The notes beneath the pieces were generated by a model that worked only from the letters and a program-made list of their open reading frames with translations, had not been told where the DNA came from and made no database searches. This document shows positions 28,000 through 41,792 of a stretch of DNA of 64,000 nt, in pieces; the stretch's first letter is position 1, and every line of letters starts with the position of its first letter. Source of the DNA: the human T2T-CHM13v2.0 reference genome, Homo sapiens. Where the stretch lies: the NCBI RefSeq assembly GCF_009914755.1, contig NC_060932.1. One strand, written 5' to 3'. The translations under genes and the position numbers were made by a program.

Positions 28000-29450
28000 C
28001 ACAAGTATTCTACGTCGTATCAAAACTTCCACTCCTTTGAGAATCATATTATCCTATCCTTTCTGCATTTTCTACAGCTTCCTTTGTAGGTTCTACATCT
28101 GTTTCAGACTTTGGTACCTGGATCATAGTTGCCAGATTTACACATCTTTGGATTATTTGAATGGTCTTTAACCATCACCTATAAAATTCCAAACAATAGC
28201 TTTGTGTCTAATTCCCCGGGCTTTTGCAGCTTCAATGGCCATTTACATTTACAGCAAACATCCTCCCTGCAGGGTCAAATTCTCCAAGTTTTCCTAATCT
28301 GGTCTGGTCAAGCTCAGAACCTTATAATATAACTTGCCTGTTCTCTGACCATGATTTCCTGTTTTTCTAACTCTTTTACTTCCTTATTTCCTTTATTTTA
28401 TTTTACCAAAGATTCCAAGACCTTATTATCTTACTTCTGTTTTAGAATGTATCAGATACTTCCTGATCTCCCTTCCTTCACTGGCTTTCGTGAATTTCAT
28501 GTCAAAAGTCTGAACAACTTTTTCAGTAGCCTAGATTTCTCAGCACCTGTCATTTTGTCATATTTATCCTTTCAAAGTGAACCCAGAATCACTGCTATGA
28601 TCTGCGTTATCTTTTCATTTACTTCATTGAATAAGTGCTGTGGAGACAAAAAATACACAGGTGAAAATATCCTCATAAGTAACTTTGATTGTGACTTCGA
28701 AACATTTCATTAATACCTTTACTGATCTTGGGTAGCTCTACCTTTGATTCCTCACAATGATTATTCTAAACTTTTATGACTTTCCTATGTCTCCTTCCTC
28801 GGTTTCTATTAACCTCATTCTCACTGGACAACCTTATTCTTATTGAGAAGAAACAAAGCAAACAAAACAAGAAATAGATCCTGTGACCATTAGTTGGAAT
28901 CTCACTTCTATACTCACCTACAAACATATCTATTCCATATTCCCTATTCTTTTCTCTATAAGATGTAAATATGAGTTTTTATGTTCCTTTTGAGTAAATA
29001 TTTCCATATGTTTCTTTTTTTTGCTCCCTTGAGAGAACTTGGTGAGCGAATAAGCTCTTTTTTTCCCCCATTTTACCTTTAATCTCTTTTATCTTCCTGG
29101 GAAACATTCCCTCAATGCCTAGATAGGCTTAAATAGCCTTTTGCTAAACAAACAATATCAACAAACCCCTTTCTTTCTTATCTTTTTTTAAAAATTGTTT
29201 TTATACCCTACTTTCAATAATGAATAACCTTCCTGTTTCTTATACTAATATCTCTTAATATTTTTTATCTTCTTCCTATGGAGATTAATCAATAACAGTC
29301 CTCATCATTCTTTGTGTTTCATATACTTCCTAAATCCCTCTAATATGGTTTTTCACTTTCCCCATGACACCAAAGCAATTTTTGTTATGGTCTCCAGTAA
29401 CTTGTAATTCATACATTCAATTGGCACATTCAATTGATATTTTACAATAT
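28000..29450 (+). mobile_element. Highly degraded L2 region
   Basis: Pyrimidine-rich with L2-like phrases (ttgttatggtctccagtaactt...attcaattggcac); boundaries uncertain. Confidence 0.4.
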
Positions 29451-30006
29451 TTGTTTTGCTGAAAGGTTATATTACATTCGATGACTGTGGAAGAATTTTT
29501 CAAATTGTCTTTCTTAAATCCCACTTCACATTATTATTTGGAAAGACAGGAATGCTAAAATCACTTCACCAGCTGTCTTGCAGCTATAATCTTTGAAGTC
29601 AAATGTGTTTCTCCTTTAGAGGCACTCTAGAGAGATCAGGAAAAAGTGGAGTCCAGATCTGTGGCTTGAAGCTAGTGCTTCCAGTAAACAAGATTTGGAA
29701 ATGAGTGGGTTACTTTCACTTGTGTTCCATTGCCGGGTGTTCAATGTCCTGCTGCCAATAAATGACATTGGCCACAGAGTCCTCATCTGATTTTCTAATT
29801 CCTGGCATGACTTTAGCTTTGTGTGCTCATTCTCCAGCATTCCAGTTGTGAGAGTTCCTTGGGAAAGCAGCAGAATCTTCTGGTTTTCCTTATAGCTATA
29901 GTGATGGCTTTGCAGTATTAACTCTTTTTGAACTGAGTGTCATTCCAGAAGATCTAAATTGGAAACGGTACCTTCAAGATGCCTAACAATTATAGAAAGC
30001 TCCACA

Positions 30007-30788
30007 GAAATCCGCTTTGCAACTATTGTAACAGTGGGAGGAATCTAGCATAAACAAACTCTATCTTGCTTCTAACCTCACAAGCTTACTGCCCTTGCTC
30101 ATTGCTGAATGTTGGCAAAGCTAAATATGGGAGAAATCTGGCTTACAATTTGATGTTTAATCAAGGAGAATAATAATTCCTTCCCAATACTGACCCTCTC
30201 CTTGTTCAGGGACCCAGACCATCTTTGTAAGGCTAATAAAAGGCCACAGCATTAAAATTATGGGAGGGGCCTTAATTCTGCCAAGATGTAGGCATGGTTA
30301 AATGATAACTAGCCAGAGTCCTGTAGCCAGAGGTCACAAGATTTGAAACACCACCCCTACCTTGCTCCTGTAGATAACATCACTATTATAAAACCTAAGA
30401 TTGATCTTTGAGCTATTTTTCAGACTTTTGCATTCTCCTCACCTACTGACTCTACCTGGACTCATGCCACATACCAAGCAACTGACTCAACCAATCATGT
30501 GATCCCCACCTGGAAACTGACCCAAGTACACGAAGACAGTTAGACACTCTTAATGTTTCATCCCTAACCCAACCAATCAGTAGCACACATTCCCTAGCCT
30601 CATGCCTGCCAAATTATCCTTAAAAATCCTAGCCTCTGAGCTTTCAGAGAAGCAGATTTGAGAAATATTTCCAGTCTTCCCACTTGGCTGCTTTGTGATA
30701 ATTAAACTCTTGACTGCAACATCCCTGCCATTCTCAGTGTATTGGCTTTTCCAGGTAGTCAGCAAAAAGGAGCCATTAAGCTGTGACA
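30007..30788 (+). mobile_element. LTR8-family (LTR8A-like) complete solo LTR
   Basis: gaaatccgctttgcaa...ctatcttgcttctaacctcacaagct ... gccaaattatccttaaaaatcctagcctc ... gctgtgaca. Confidence 0.8.
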
Positions 30789-31057
30789 CAATTATTAATT
30801 TAAATATCTTCATACTTCAAAATCCTATGTTGTATTCTGCTCCTCTGCTGAATGAATTCTGAATGCTAGAACACTTATTCTCCCTCTCTTAATTCCTTTC
30901 ATTGCCATGACACAGCGCTCCTCCGGTCATTGTCATACCTCTGGTTTTTGCCTTCTTCTTAAACAGCTTCTCTTTCTCCTTTCTGTTTCTATATGTTTGT
31001 ATTTAGGAACAACTCTTAGAGTCTACACACTGTCCTTGGTGATCTTACACATTCTCC

Positions 31058-31347
31058 TTTTTTTTTTTTTCTTAGGCAGGTATGTTGCCCATGCTGGAAT
31101 GCAGTGGCACAAACTTGGGTCACTGTAGCCTCAACCTCCTAGGCTCAAGTGGTCCTACTACTTCAGCCTCCTGAGTCGCTGAGACTACTAGCACATGCCA
31201 CCATGCCTGGCTAATTTTGTTTATTTTTTGTAGAGAGGGGATCTCACTGTGTTGTGCGGCTGGCCTCAAACTCCTTGACTCAAGCAATCCTCCCATCTTG
31301 GCCTTACAAAGTGCTGGGATGGTAGACATGAGCCACCACATCCAGCC
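31058..31347 (-). mobile_element. AluJ
   Basis: T tail; cactgtagcctcaacctcctaggctcaag; ctcaagcaatcctcccatcttggcc. Confidence 0.9.
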
Positions 31348-31686
31348 TGATGATCTTAATAACAAATATATGCCAACTCTTAAATTTGTATGAATAAGTC
31401 AGACTTCTTTTTTTTTTTTATTTTTTGTTTTTACTGTAGACATAGACTAAGGTACTGTGTATCTCCATATGGTTATTCTACTTGTTCCACAAAAATTAAC
31501 ATGGGGAAAGTGAGCTCACTTTATTTCTCTATCCCCAAATATGGTTCGTTTCTGTACATTTTCATTTGATTTTTTACTAATCATGCATCCTTATTTGTCA
31601 TTTTTATTCTCATCTTCTTGTATCACATTTCATATTCAGTCAAAAAATCCCTTTCTACAAAGGAAGCTATAGAAAATACAGTTAGG

Positions 31687-32008
<322 letters not shown>

Positions 32009-32095
32009 TCAAAGGAGTAGAAGTTTTGATGTGAAGTATTGATCTCATCCCCCTTCTTTATCCAACTACCATTTTTAAAAATTTGAGTCTTTGAA

Positions 32096-32479
<384 letters not shown>

Positions 32480-33174
32480 TTAAATTTATTCTCATACACT
32501 GCAGTCAGAATACTTTACATAAAACACAGAATACTTGATATAAACCACAACCAAGGCATGTTATTTCTCAGCTTGGTTCCCGTTAGTGGCACTTCATCGT
32601 GTAAGACAATGCCTAAATTCCTTCATGGTATTTAACTCCTTCATCAACCTGGCTTCTCTCTATCTTCCTTGTCTCTTTTCTCCTCTTCTGTGGTTGGTCC
32701 TGGTATACCTTCTCTCTGTACCTTCTCTCTGTTCCATGGCTGACACACTTACACATATGCAAAAAGATAAACTTTCAAATGAATGAAAAAAGCCACATTT
32801 TACTAAAGTTTACATTACAGCAAATAGTAAATTTTAATTTGAAACCTAAGCTATTGCATCTCTCTTCACCTCAGTTACGGAGATATGACCAACAGCATCC
32901 TATAGAGAACAATTTTTGTTAGTATTTATGGGGTATTTTCTACATAGCTGGCAAAACTGTGAGCAATATCTTTAGAACATTTTGTATGTAATTCTGATAC
33001 AGGTCCAATAAAATTTGTATAGTTTTTTGCAATATTTAATAATTTTTTAAGTTGGTAAGTGGTTAACTCAGGATTGAACCTAGATAGCCCATCTCCAAAG
33101 CTGTTTCCTTTACCATACCCTATATTGCTTCTGGTAGATTAAAAAACATCATAAGTTATGGTAGTGATGGCAAT

Positions 33175-33590
33175 AGATTAGTTTCCTAGGGATGTCATAA
33201 CAAATTACCACAAACTTGGTAGCTTTGAGGCGACAGTAATTATTCTCTCATAGTTCTAGAGACCAGAAGTCCAAAATCAACTTGGTAAGGCTGCTTTCTC
33301 TTGGAGTCTCTGAGGTCAAATCTGCTCCATGCCTCTTTCCCAGCTTCCAGAGAAAGCTGGCAATTCTTAGCATAGCTGTCTGCCCTCTGTATCTCTGTAA
33401 CTTCCTCTTTTCTTATCGGGACACTTGTCCTTATAAGAAATTTAGAGTCCATCCTAAATTCAGGTTATTTTTATTTTGAGATTGTTAATTACATCTTCAA
33501 AGACCCTTTTCTCCAAATAATGTCACATTCTCAGATACTGGGTGTTAAGTCTTGGAAATACCTTTATTGATGGATACAGTTCAATCAATT
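33175..33590 (-). mobile_element. MLT1B/C-like MaLR LTR
   Basis: ttagtttcctaggg.tgtcataacaaattaccacaaacttgg; ttattctctcatagttctagagaccagaagtccaaaatcaa. Confidence 0.75.
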
Positions 33591-33894
33591 AAAAGGATCG
33601 TCAAGGTATCATGGAAATGCTATTGACTATGTAATCTGTGTAGAGTTATAATATGATAAGTGTGCCAAGCAAAAGGCCTCATTTGCCACTGCTTTTAATC
33701 CCATGGCTCAATTATAACCAGAAATATTTTAGAAAGGTATTGTAAGAATTCCATGTCTGCCAAACTAGTGGAAAAAATTTCAAATTTCAGGTTGAAGGGA
33801 AAAGAGAAAGATTTAATAGAATGCATGTGCATCATTTATCACAATTGCTAACAATGTTTTTATAGAATGAAAAGGAATTTTTTGTCCATAAAAC

Positions 33895-34524
33895 TGATGG
33901 AGGAGATAGACATTATTTAGGTAGATAATGAGAGCAAGAGTCCTTTGGCAGAACTTCCCTTCTAACAAAAATCAGCCCAAGAAATCATTTATTTTCTAAC
34001 AAAGAGCAGCCTAAAAGATCGAGCTGCAAACATAAATAAGGAAGCTGGAAGTGTGCATGGGGGGATGCTGGCAGCTACACCAATAGAACAGGGCTCCCTG
34101 GGAGCCACGCATGTCCACCATGGGGCTCGACCTTCCCTTTGTTGTTAGCATGTGTACCGTAACAAATGGACAACATGGAGAAGCTCAGGCAGGGAACCCA
34201 CATGCATAATAAAAGACTGGGGTGGGGGCTGGCAGAGAGTCACACCCTATCCAGATGGCACAACAGGTCCTAACAAGTTTTTCGTGTCCTATGTAAATCA
34301 GACACGGCCTTCCCACTACGTCATCTATAAAAACCCCTGCATTTCACCACAGATTGGTAACTCATTTTTCTGGGACCCCTCTCTGTAGCATAGAGCTGTT
34401 CTCTTTGTTTCGCCTGTTAAATTTCTGCTCTGTACCTCACCCTTTGTGTGTGTCCATGTTCTTGATCTCTGTGCCTGTGAGACCAAGAACCTCGAGTGTC
34501 ACCCCAGACAACAAGGCTGCCTCA
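33895..34524 (+). mobile_element. LTR9 (ERV1) solo LTR
   Basis: ttttctaacaaagagcagcct.aaagatcgagctgca and ccaatag match recalled LTR9; TATA-like ctataaaa near 34326; TG...CA termini. Confidence 0.8.
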
Positions 34525-35314
34525 ACACGATTTTACTGATGAGGAGACAAATGATGAGATGTGTAGGTTTCCATTTATTTGAGTTCTGTTGTAGTTCTTC
34601 CTACAGTAACCATGCTAGCATGATATATAATATTTTTTATTTTCCGGTGTGTGTATGTTCATAGGCTGCCACTCACTGTCATTTTTACTTTGGGTTTACT
34701 TTGGGTAAGCATTTCTCTGACTTACCGAATACTCTTGAAGAAATACGTATGTTTTAATGATTTGCAACTCATAAAGCAGTTTTTTGTATCCCAAGTGAGG
34801 CTGAATGAGTAATAACTTTAGGCCTGGCCACATTTTGAGAAAATATAACACATGAGTGTTTGGAACATGAATGAAAAGAAATCAAGTCAGTTTTTATTTT
34901 TCACTCCACTGACAACATATCACAAGTCAAAAATGATTCCTCCTGAACTTAAATATACAAAACGTCTCACTTTGAAAGCTGGAATTAAATTTTTGGTTCA
35001 GTAAAAAAAACAAAACAAAACATTTTCTTGAAATTTTATTCCTTTGTGTTATATAAAATCTTTTAAGTTGATATACTTGCTGTAGAAAAATTTTAAAAGA
35101 AAAATGGACAAAACCTGCACAGTGGTGAATTGTCATAAATTACATAATCAAACATAATTTTTCATCAAAATGCTAAATTTGTAGTAGACAGTAAATTGTT
35201 AATACTTAGATGCTTATAATTTTTGAGGAAATATCATGTTATAGACACTGTAAAACTAGGATGACAAACTGTATTATATACCCTAGGAGACTGTTTATAA
35301 GTTCATGAACAACC

Positions 35315-36162
35315 CCAAGTAGGAAAGAAGAACAAACCTGGAGATACCACACTATCTGATTTCAAAATACCTTGCCAAACCATAGTAGTCAAAAAAGCAT
35401 GGAAGTAGCATAAAAACAGACACATTGATCAATAGAATAACATAGAAAGCCAAAACATAAACCCACAAAATTTGTCAATTAATTTTCAACAAAGCTTCCA
35501 AGAAGACACAATGGGGTTAGGGCAGTCTTTTCAATAAATGGTGTTGGGAGAACTGGATACTGACATGCAAAATAATGGAATTGAACCCTTACCACATGTC
35601 ATGTACTAAATCAACTCAAAAGGGAGTAAAGATTTAAAATCTGGAGCTGAAAACTCTTGGCAGAAAACATAGGAGAAAAGCTCTATTACATTGGTGTGGG
35701 CAATGATTTCTTAGGTATCATCAAAAGTACAGGGAACAAAAGCAGAAATAGAGAAATGGGATGGCATCAAATAAAAAAGCTTCTGTGTAGCAAAGGAAAC
35801 AACAGAGTAAAGAGACAATCCACTGATTGGGAGAAAATATTTACAAACCATATATGGGATAAGAGATTAATATATAAAACATGGAAGGAATTTAGCAACA
35901 TAGTAACAATAAAACAACCGTTAGAAAATGGGCAAAAGATCTGAACAGACATTTCTCAATAGAAGACATACAAATGGCCAACACATATATGAAAAAAAAA
36001 ATGCTCAGCATCACTATTCATCAGGGAAATGCAAATTAAAACCACAATGGGATGTCACCTCACAACTGTTACATTGGCTGTTATCAAAAAAGATAACACA
36101 TATTGGTGAGGTTATGGAGAAAAGAGATCCTTTGTAAACTATTGGTGGGAATGTAAATTAGC
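35315..36162 (+). mobile_element. L1 (L1MA/L1M-type) ORF2 3' fragment, disrupted
   Basis: ttcaataaatggtgttgggagaactggata; atcagggaaatgcaaattaaaaccacaatg; ORF track gives L1 ORF2-like peptides in broken frames. Confidence 0.88.
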
Positions 36163-36245
36163 AAAGTTCCTATTATTTTTAGGCAGCATATTTGCAATTT
36201 TGGTAATCTAAGATATATGTGAATATATACTATTTTACTTCTTCC

Positions 36246-36468
36246 TGCAGACTAAAATGTTTATGTCCCAGCAAAATTGATATGTTTGTATCAGAACCCC
36301 CAATATGAACCAGGGAGTGGGCCCTTATCAGATTCAGATGCTGAATTTGTTGGTATTTTGATCTAGTACTTCTCAGCTTCATAAATAAAATTCATGTATA
36401 CATTTGTGTTGTTTATAAGGCACCCAGGGGATGGTAGTTTGTTATAGCAGCCTGAAAAGACTAAGGTA
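36246..36468 (+). mobile_element. MLT1A-like LTR with internal deletion
   Basis: atgtttatgtccc..caaaatt at the start and tgttatagcagcctgaaaagactaag at the end. Confidence 0.65.
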
Positions 36469-38614
36469 CTCTTCCTTCCTTATTGTATTTCATTCCACCA
36501 ATCATTTGAAAATCATTTATTGCACATCTGTTTTCTGGGTTTTGGGAATATAACAACAATGCAGATAATATAGCTGCTCTCCTAGGATTACAATTAAACA
36601 GAAAAGTACATATATAGTTTGAAAAAATAATCCTGAATGAAAACTGCATTTTGGTGCTGTACAGAACAAAAGCACAGTACTCTAATGGTATTAAGCTGAC
36701 GATCCTCTTTTTCAATACAGTGTATAGTCTCAGAATATTTGCTGATTTGCACACTTGTGAGGCATTGGCAGATCCCTGGATTGTTCCTTCCTTACTCAAG
36801 ACGCAGGCAGCCTGCAGGCCCTCGGTTTTCCTGAGGAATTCCTTTTATTGTTGAATTAATAGCATTGAGTCTAGTAGATGCAGAGTGACATATGTTAACA
36901 TATTCAAATAGACAGGTCCTTAACATACCTAACTTCCCATATATTAATAAAGAATTATTAGTGTGATAAGTTACAGTAATTAGAAATAAATGTTTCTTGG
37001 AATTATGCTGCTGTAAAATTGGGGAAAAAAAAACATCTAGCCACCAGCAGAACAGACTTCCTTTCTCGTCATTTAATATAGACATCTGATAGCCATAGAA
37101 AGGGACAATCTAGACACAATTTTGCAATGCAGTTTGCCTTGAAAAGAGTCGGGTTGCACACAGGTGAGAAGCAGAAGTTCTAGTTTATACAGCTTGGGTA
37201 TGGCTATGTCTGGGATACTATGTAAAATTCCTGGAAGTCACTTGGCCCTAAAACATAAGGGCAAAGATAAACAAAAAGAAATTTAGAGAAGATAGAGAAG
37301 TAGATTAAAATATTAAATATGTATAAGTTGGCAAAGGAAAGGAAGAGAGGTCACGTTACTGGTCCTCAGTTGTTTTCAGTGTATAAATCAACAGAGAGGC
37401 GAACAGAAGAATGGTTCAGAGACCTCTGAATTGAAGAAAAAGGTTTTGTTTTCCTTCACTCAAAATGGCTAAAGATCAAAAATTCTTCCTAACATATAAG
37501 AAGTCATTAAGTGTTCCATGATGGTTTTTTTTTCTCTGCTGAAAGTTTTTCATATCATTAAATAAAAGTTTTCAAATTACTAATGAGAAAGTTGAATTCT
37601 AGATGGATTAAGTGTCTTACTATAATAGTAAAAAACAAAAGTGGCTAGAACCGAAATCCCATCTACTGGTTGGCTGATCTGTTTTGTACCTGCATAACTG
37701 GGTATCCCTTAACTACTTACAACAGGGTCAAACTCTCTGAAGTCAATGTGGTTTCAAATATATACTCTAATTGTATTTAATAATATTATTTTATCTTTAA
37801 TATTTTTATTGTTTTTCACAATGCAGAATACAGAAAACCCAGATTAATATTTTTGTGGTTTTAAGATAACACAGATAGTAGTGATTCTTAATGAGGTATA
37901 TGGTGTCTGCTCTTGAGCTTATTAGATACAATATTCAGAAGGCTTTTATATTCATCAGGAATGTCAGTGGGTTTAAAAAGTTTGGGAATTCACTACTCTA
38001 AATAATGCAACTGAAGGATAAAGCCAGAATTTTGCTCAGAAATGATCAAAGTGAGGTTGGAATCTTCATAAAGTCATGGAATGAGAAACCAGAAAAGTGC
38101 TTAGTCCCAGTGTTGGGAGGTTCAGCTAGAAAGATCGGGGAAAGGAGCATGGTTCATAAAATACATTACTATACCTACTTTCCTTTCTACAGCTGAACTA
38201 ATGCGGCAGAAATGAAGACTCAATTTATATCAGCCTACATTGCTGAGGAGTGTGGGAGAGAATATGACAGCCACACACTTCAAAGGTGGAAAATAGAGGG
38301 ACAAGTGTTAGTTTACTTGCCAGGAGAGGTCTGAAGCCTACTTTGGAATGCAGGGTAAGTTGTGAAGCAAGCATATTAATCATCAATCCCCACCCAGAGG
38401 ACTTGGGAAGTAGAAGGAGGTGGAATTCCTAAAATTGGGGTTGTAGCTTAGGCCATCCGCAAATAAGAGGGAAGGCTGAAAGTCTGTTTTTACAAATCAG
38501 AATCCCAATTTCTTTCTCCGTCCTGTGCATATAAGTAAGTGCCCATCCTGCAACCCAGAATAATTGGGAGATTTGCTCTCTAAAGTAACCAGAAAGATTC
38601 TGTACTCAACACAT

Positions 38615-38968
38615 GATATGGTTTGGCTGTGTCCCCACCCAAATCTCATCTTGAGTTGTAGCTCCTACAATTCCCATGTGTTGTAGGAGGAACCTGGTGA
38701 GAGGTAATTGAATCATGGGGTTGGGTCTTTCCCATGCTGTTCTCCTGAGAGTGAATAAGTCTCATGAGATCTGATGGTTTTATAAGGGGGAGTTTCCCTG
38801 CACAAGGTCTCTTCTCTCATCTGCTGCCGTGTGGTTCGTGCCTTTCACCTTCCACCATGATTGTGAGGCCTCCCCAGTCACATGGAACTGTGAGTCCATT
38901 AAACCTCTTTGGTAAATTTCCCAATCTCAAATATCTCTTTACTAACAGTGTGAAACCTGACCAATACA
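38615..38968 (+). mobile_element. THE1 (B/C-like) solo LTR
   Basis: tgatatggtttggctgtgtccccacccaaatctcatcttg...ccatgattgtgaggcctcccca...caataca; near TSD acaca/ccaca. Confidence 0.93.
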
Positions 38969-39449
38969 CCACATTAGACACAGCTGAGAAAAAAATATTA
39001 TGCAGCTAAAACAAGGGAACTAAGTGAACATACAACCCCAGGTTCATCTTAGTCTACTTGTCCCACAGAATGCTGGCATCTGGGTTTATAGTTCCCAGGT
39101 GAGAGAATAAAGGATATGATTCTTCTCTATAAACCAATGACTGATAAAATGCCTACAGAAAATTACAGTTGATTGTTCCTGGTCTGCATCTATCTCAATC
39201 TCCCAACTCTAAAACCTACTTTGTAAAAAGTTTTTGCCCATTCAAAGCAATCACAACAAAACAAAAATAAAAACAAAGCAAAATGTATCAGAGAAACATA
39301 AATAATAAAAACAGATTATTTAAAAAATACTTTCCTTAGGTAAAATAACATATTTTACTTATTAAATGAAGGGAAATTTGTAGAAAAATATTTATAGAAT
39401 AAAGGGAACTCTTGTATATTAAAATAATTAATGATGAAAACATCAGCTC

Positions 39450-40580
39450 AAGTAGCCACTTTGCAAAAGACTTTGGTGATATCTGTTAAATATGCAAGTA
39501 CAGCAAATCCACCCTTTGATGCATACTTAGAAGAAATGTGGGAAAATATATATTTGGCAATACCAGGCATTGGTATGGGTGTGAACAGTGGGAGCATTTT
39601 TATACTGCTGATTCATGTGTAAACTTGTACAACCATTTTGGAAAAATAATTTGGCAATATCTCTTAAATTTGGGCACTGACATACCCTGCAAATCAGCAG
39701 TTATTTCATTCTCAGCCAAATACTGTATATAAATTCTTACATTTTCTTAGGAGACACGTAGAAGAATTCTCATAGCAGCTTCGTGCATAGTAAAAAAAAC
39801 AAAACTCCAGGCCCATCAACAGAAGCATTTGTAAATATTAGATTGGTGCAAAAGTAATTGTGCTTTTTGCCATTGGTTTCAATATATTGTGGTGTGTATT
39901 TACATGATGGAATTTCATACCTCAATGAATGTGAAAGTATCACAACTATCAAGTATCAATGTGATATTGAGATAAAAAGCAAATGTCAAAGACTGCTATA
40001 TAATAAAATTCCATTTTATGAAGCTTAGAGGAAAATTGAAAAAAATATTGTTCCTGAGTTAAAATGTATGATATAAAAATTTTTAAAACCAAGACGATTA
40101 TAACACAAATGTCAAAAGAATAATTCTCTTCTCTGGGCAGAATTGGAAAAGGACAGGAATGAACCCATTCGAATGATATATGTAAGATTGTATTATTATG
40201 TAAAACAGAGAGTTCATGGGAATTTAATTATTTTAGCCATAAAAATATATTTATATATTTTATTAAAAATAAGTAGAATATCACATAACTTAAAATAATT
40301 TAAATTATTATACTACATGTGGAAAAGAAAAAGATTAAAGGTCGAAAATATGTCATGTAAACTGACATAGACACATCTCCAAGTAGAATGAATGAAAAGA
40401 GAAAGGTATCAAATATTATGGCATATTTGTAATTTGAGAAAAATATGGGAATATAAAACATTAGAGATACGGACGCCCTTTGGAAAGGTACACAAAGAAC
40501 GAGTATAAGTGGATGGCTGCTTTCTGAAAACTGATTATTTGGGAAAGAGTATGTTGGTGGGAAGATCATTTTTTAATTCT
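39450..40580 (+). mobile_element. Degraded L1ME-like 3' fragments
   Basis: tgtaaacttgtacaaccattttggaaaa; ctcatagcagc; aattccattttatgaagc. Confidence 0.55.
39838..39883. mobile_element. Half MADE1 (single Hsmar1 TIR)
   Basis: ttagattggtgcaaaagtaattgtgctttttgccatt matches one MADE1 arm; the second arm is absent. Confidence 0.85.
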
Positions 40581-41526
40581 ATTACCTACTAAAATAAGAA
40601 AAATCAGAGAAGAATAACCAAGAGATAGTCATCTGCAGAGATCCAGTGTCAAGAGAGGAAGAAGGAGAAGGAGAGAGATTAAGTACTATAACGTCCAAGG
40701 AAGGACGAAATTAAATGTAGAAAGACATTATACTCCAAGAAAAAAAAGGGAAAGATGGGCTAATTTTTTCTCTCGTATTAGTGGCTAAAACAACAATAAC
40801 AATAAAACACTGAGAAAAAAAAAGAGAAAAACTGAGTCTTCTGTTATCTGAAGCAAAACGGTATCATTTTTCTGTTGATTTGTGGATCTAATAACATTCT
40901 TCCACTGCTTGTAATAATGAACTCTGTGTTATATTGAAAACTTTAGTTTTATCTTCAATAATCAAATGCTTAGCAATGGCCATTTTCATTTCAAGAAAGC
41001 AATAGCCAGAATTCAATTATATTTAGCTCCTTCGAAACCCTCATTTCCATAAACATGCTTTTTGTCTTCACTTTTATTGATTTAAGTACACATTTATTTA
41101 TCTTTTTCTAGAATACCTTGTAAGCATATTGAGAGCTTTTCCTGCCAAGTGTAATTTGTCTATATTACTGAAAAGTGTTAAACTCTAGCTAATGTTCAGT
41201 AAGCAATAATGGTTATTTTGTATTTACTCATTATGTTATATGAAAATACATTCAGGCAAGATGAATTTTATTTGGTGGCATAATACTTACTCTTCCTCAT
41301 TTCTGTGGATGCTTACATTTACTTGGGTGTCTGTGTGAATTTATCACAATCTTCATTAAGTCTTTGTTGTCAAACCCTCAGCAAGTATGTTACTAACTGA
41401 AAAGACTTGTTAGTCACATTGAGGGGGGCAGGTGTAAGCTTCAAGGAATAGCCCTTACAAACTTCTGAAATGACATTGACCATGGCAGATACACATTCTA
41501 TAATTGGGACGCTTTCGGTACAAGGA

Positions 41527-41792
41527 GAGGCAGTGTGATGTAGCAGAATGGGGCGTGGATTCTAGAACCTGTGTATCTTGGTTCACATTCCATCCTTACG
41601 TTTGGCTATGTTGCCTTGGGTGACTTGTTCAACCTCGTTATGCCTCATTTTCCTCATCTGTACAATGATCATAATAAGATTGTTGAAAAGATGGTGTCAT
41701 TTTATATATAAAGCACTTAGAACAGGAACTGTAATACAGCAAGAAACCATACATCATGATCATGATCATGATCATCATCATCATCATCATCA
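41527..41792 (+). mobile_element. Near full-length MIR with (CAT)n tail
   Basis: tgcctcattttcctcatctgtacaatg and taaagcacttagaacag, ending in catgat/cat repeats. Confidence 0.8.

Noticed and set aside
35657-36137. ORFs resembling L1 ORF2 C-terminus
   Set aside because: Frameshifted fragments of a dead, truncated L1.
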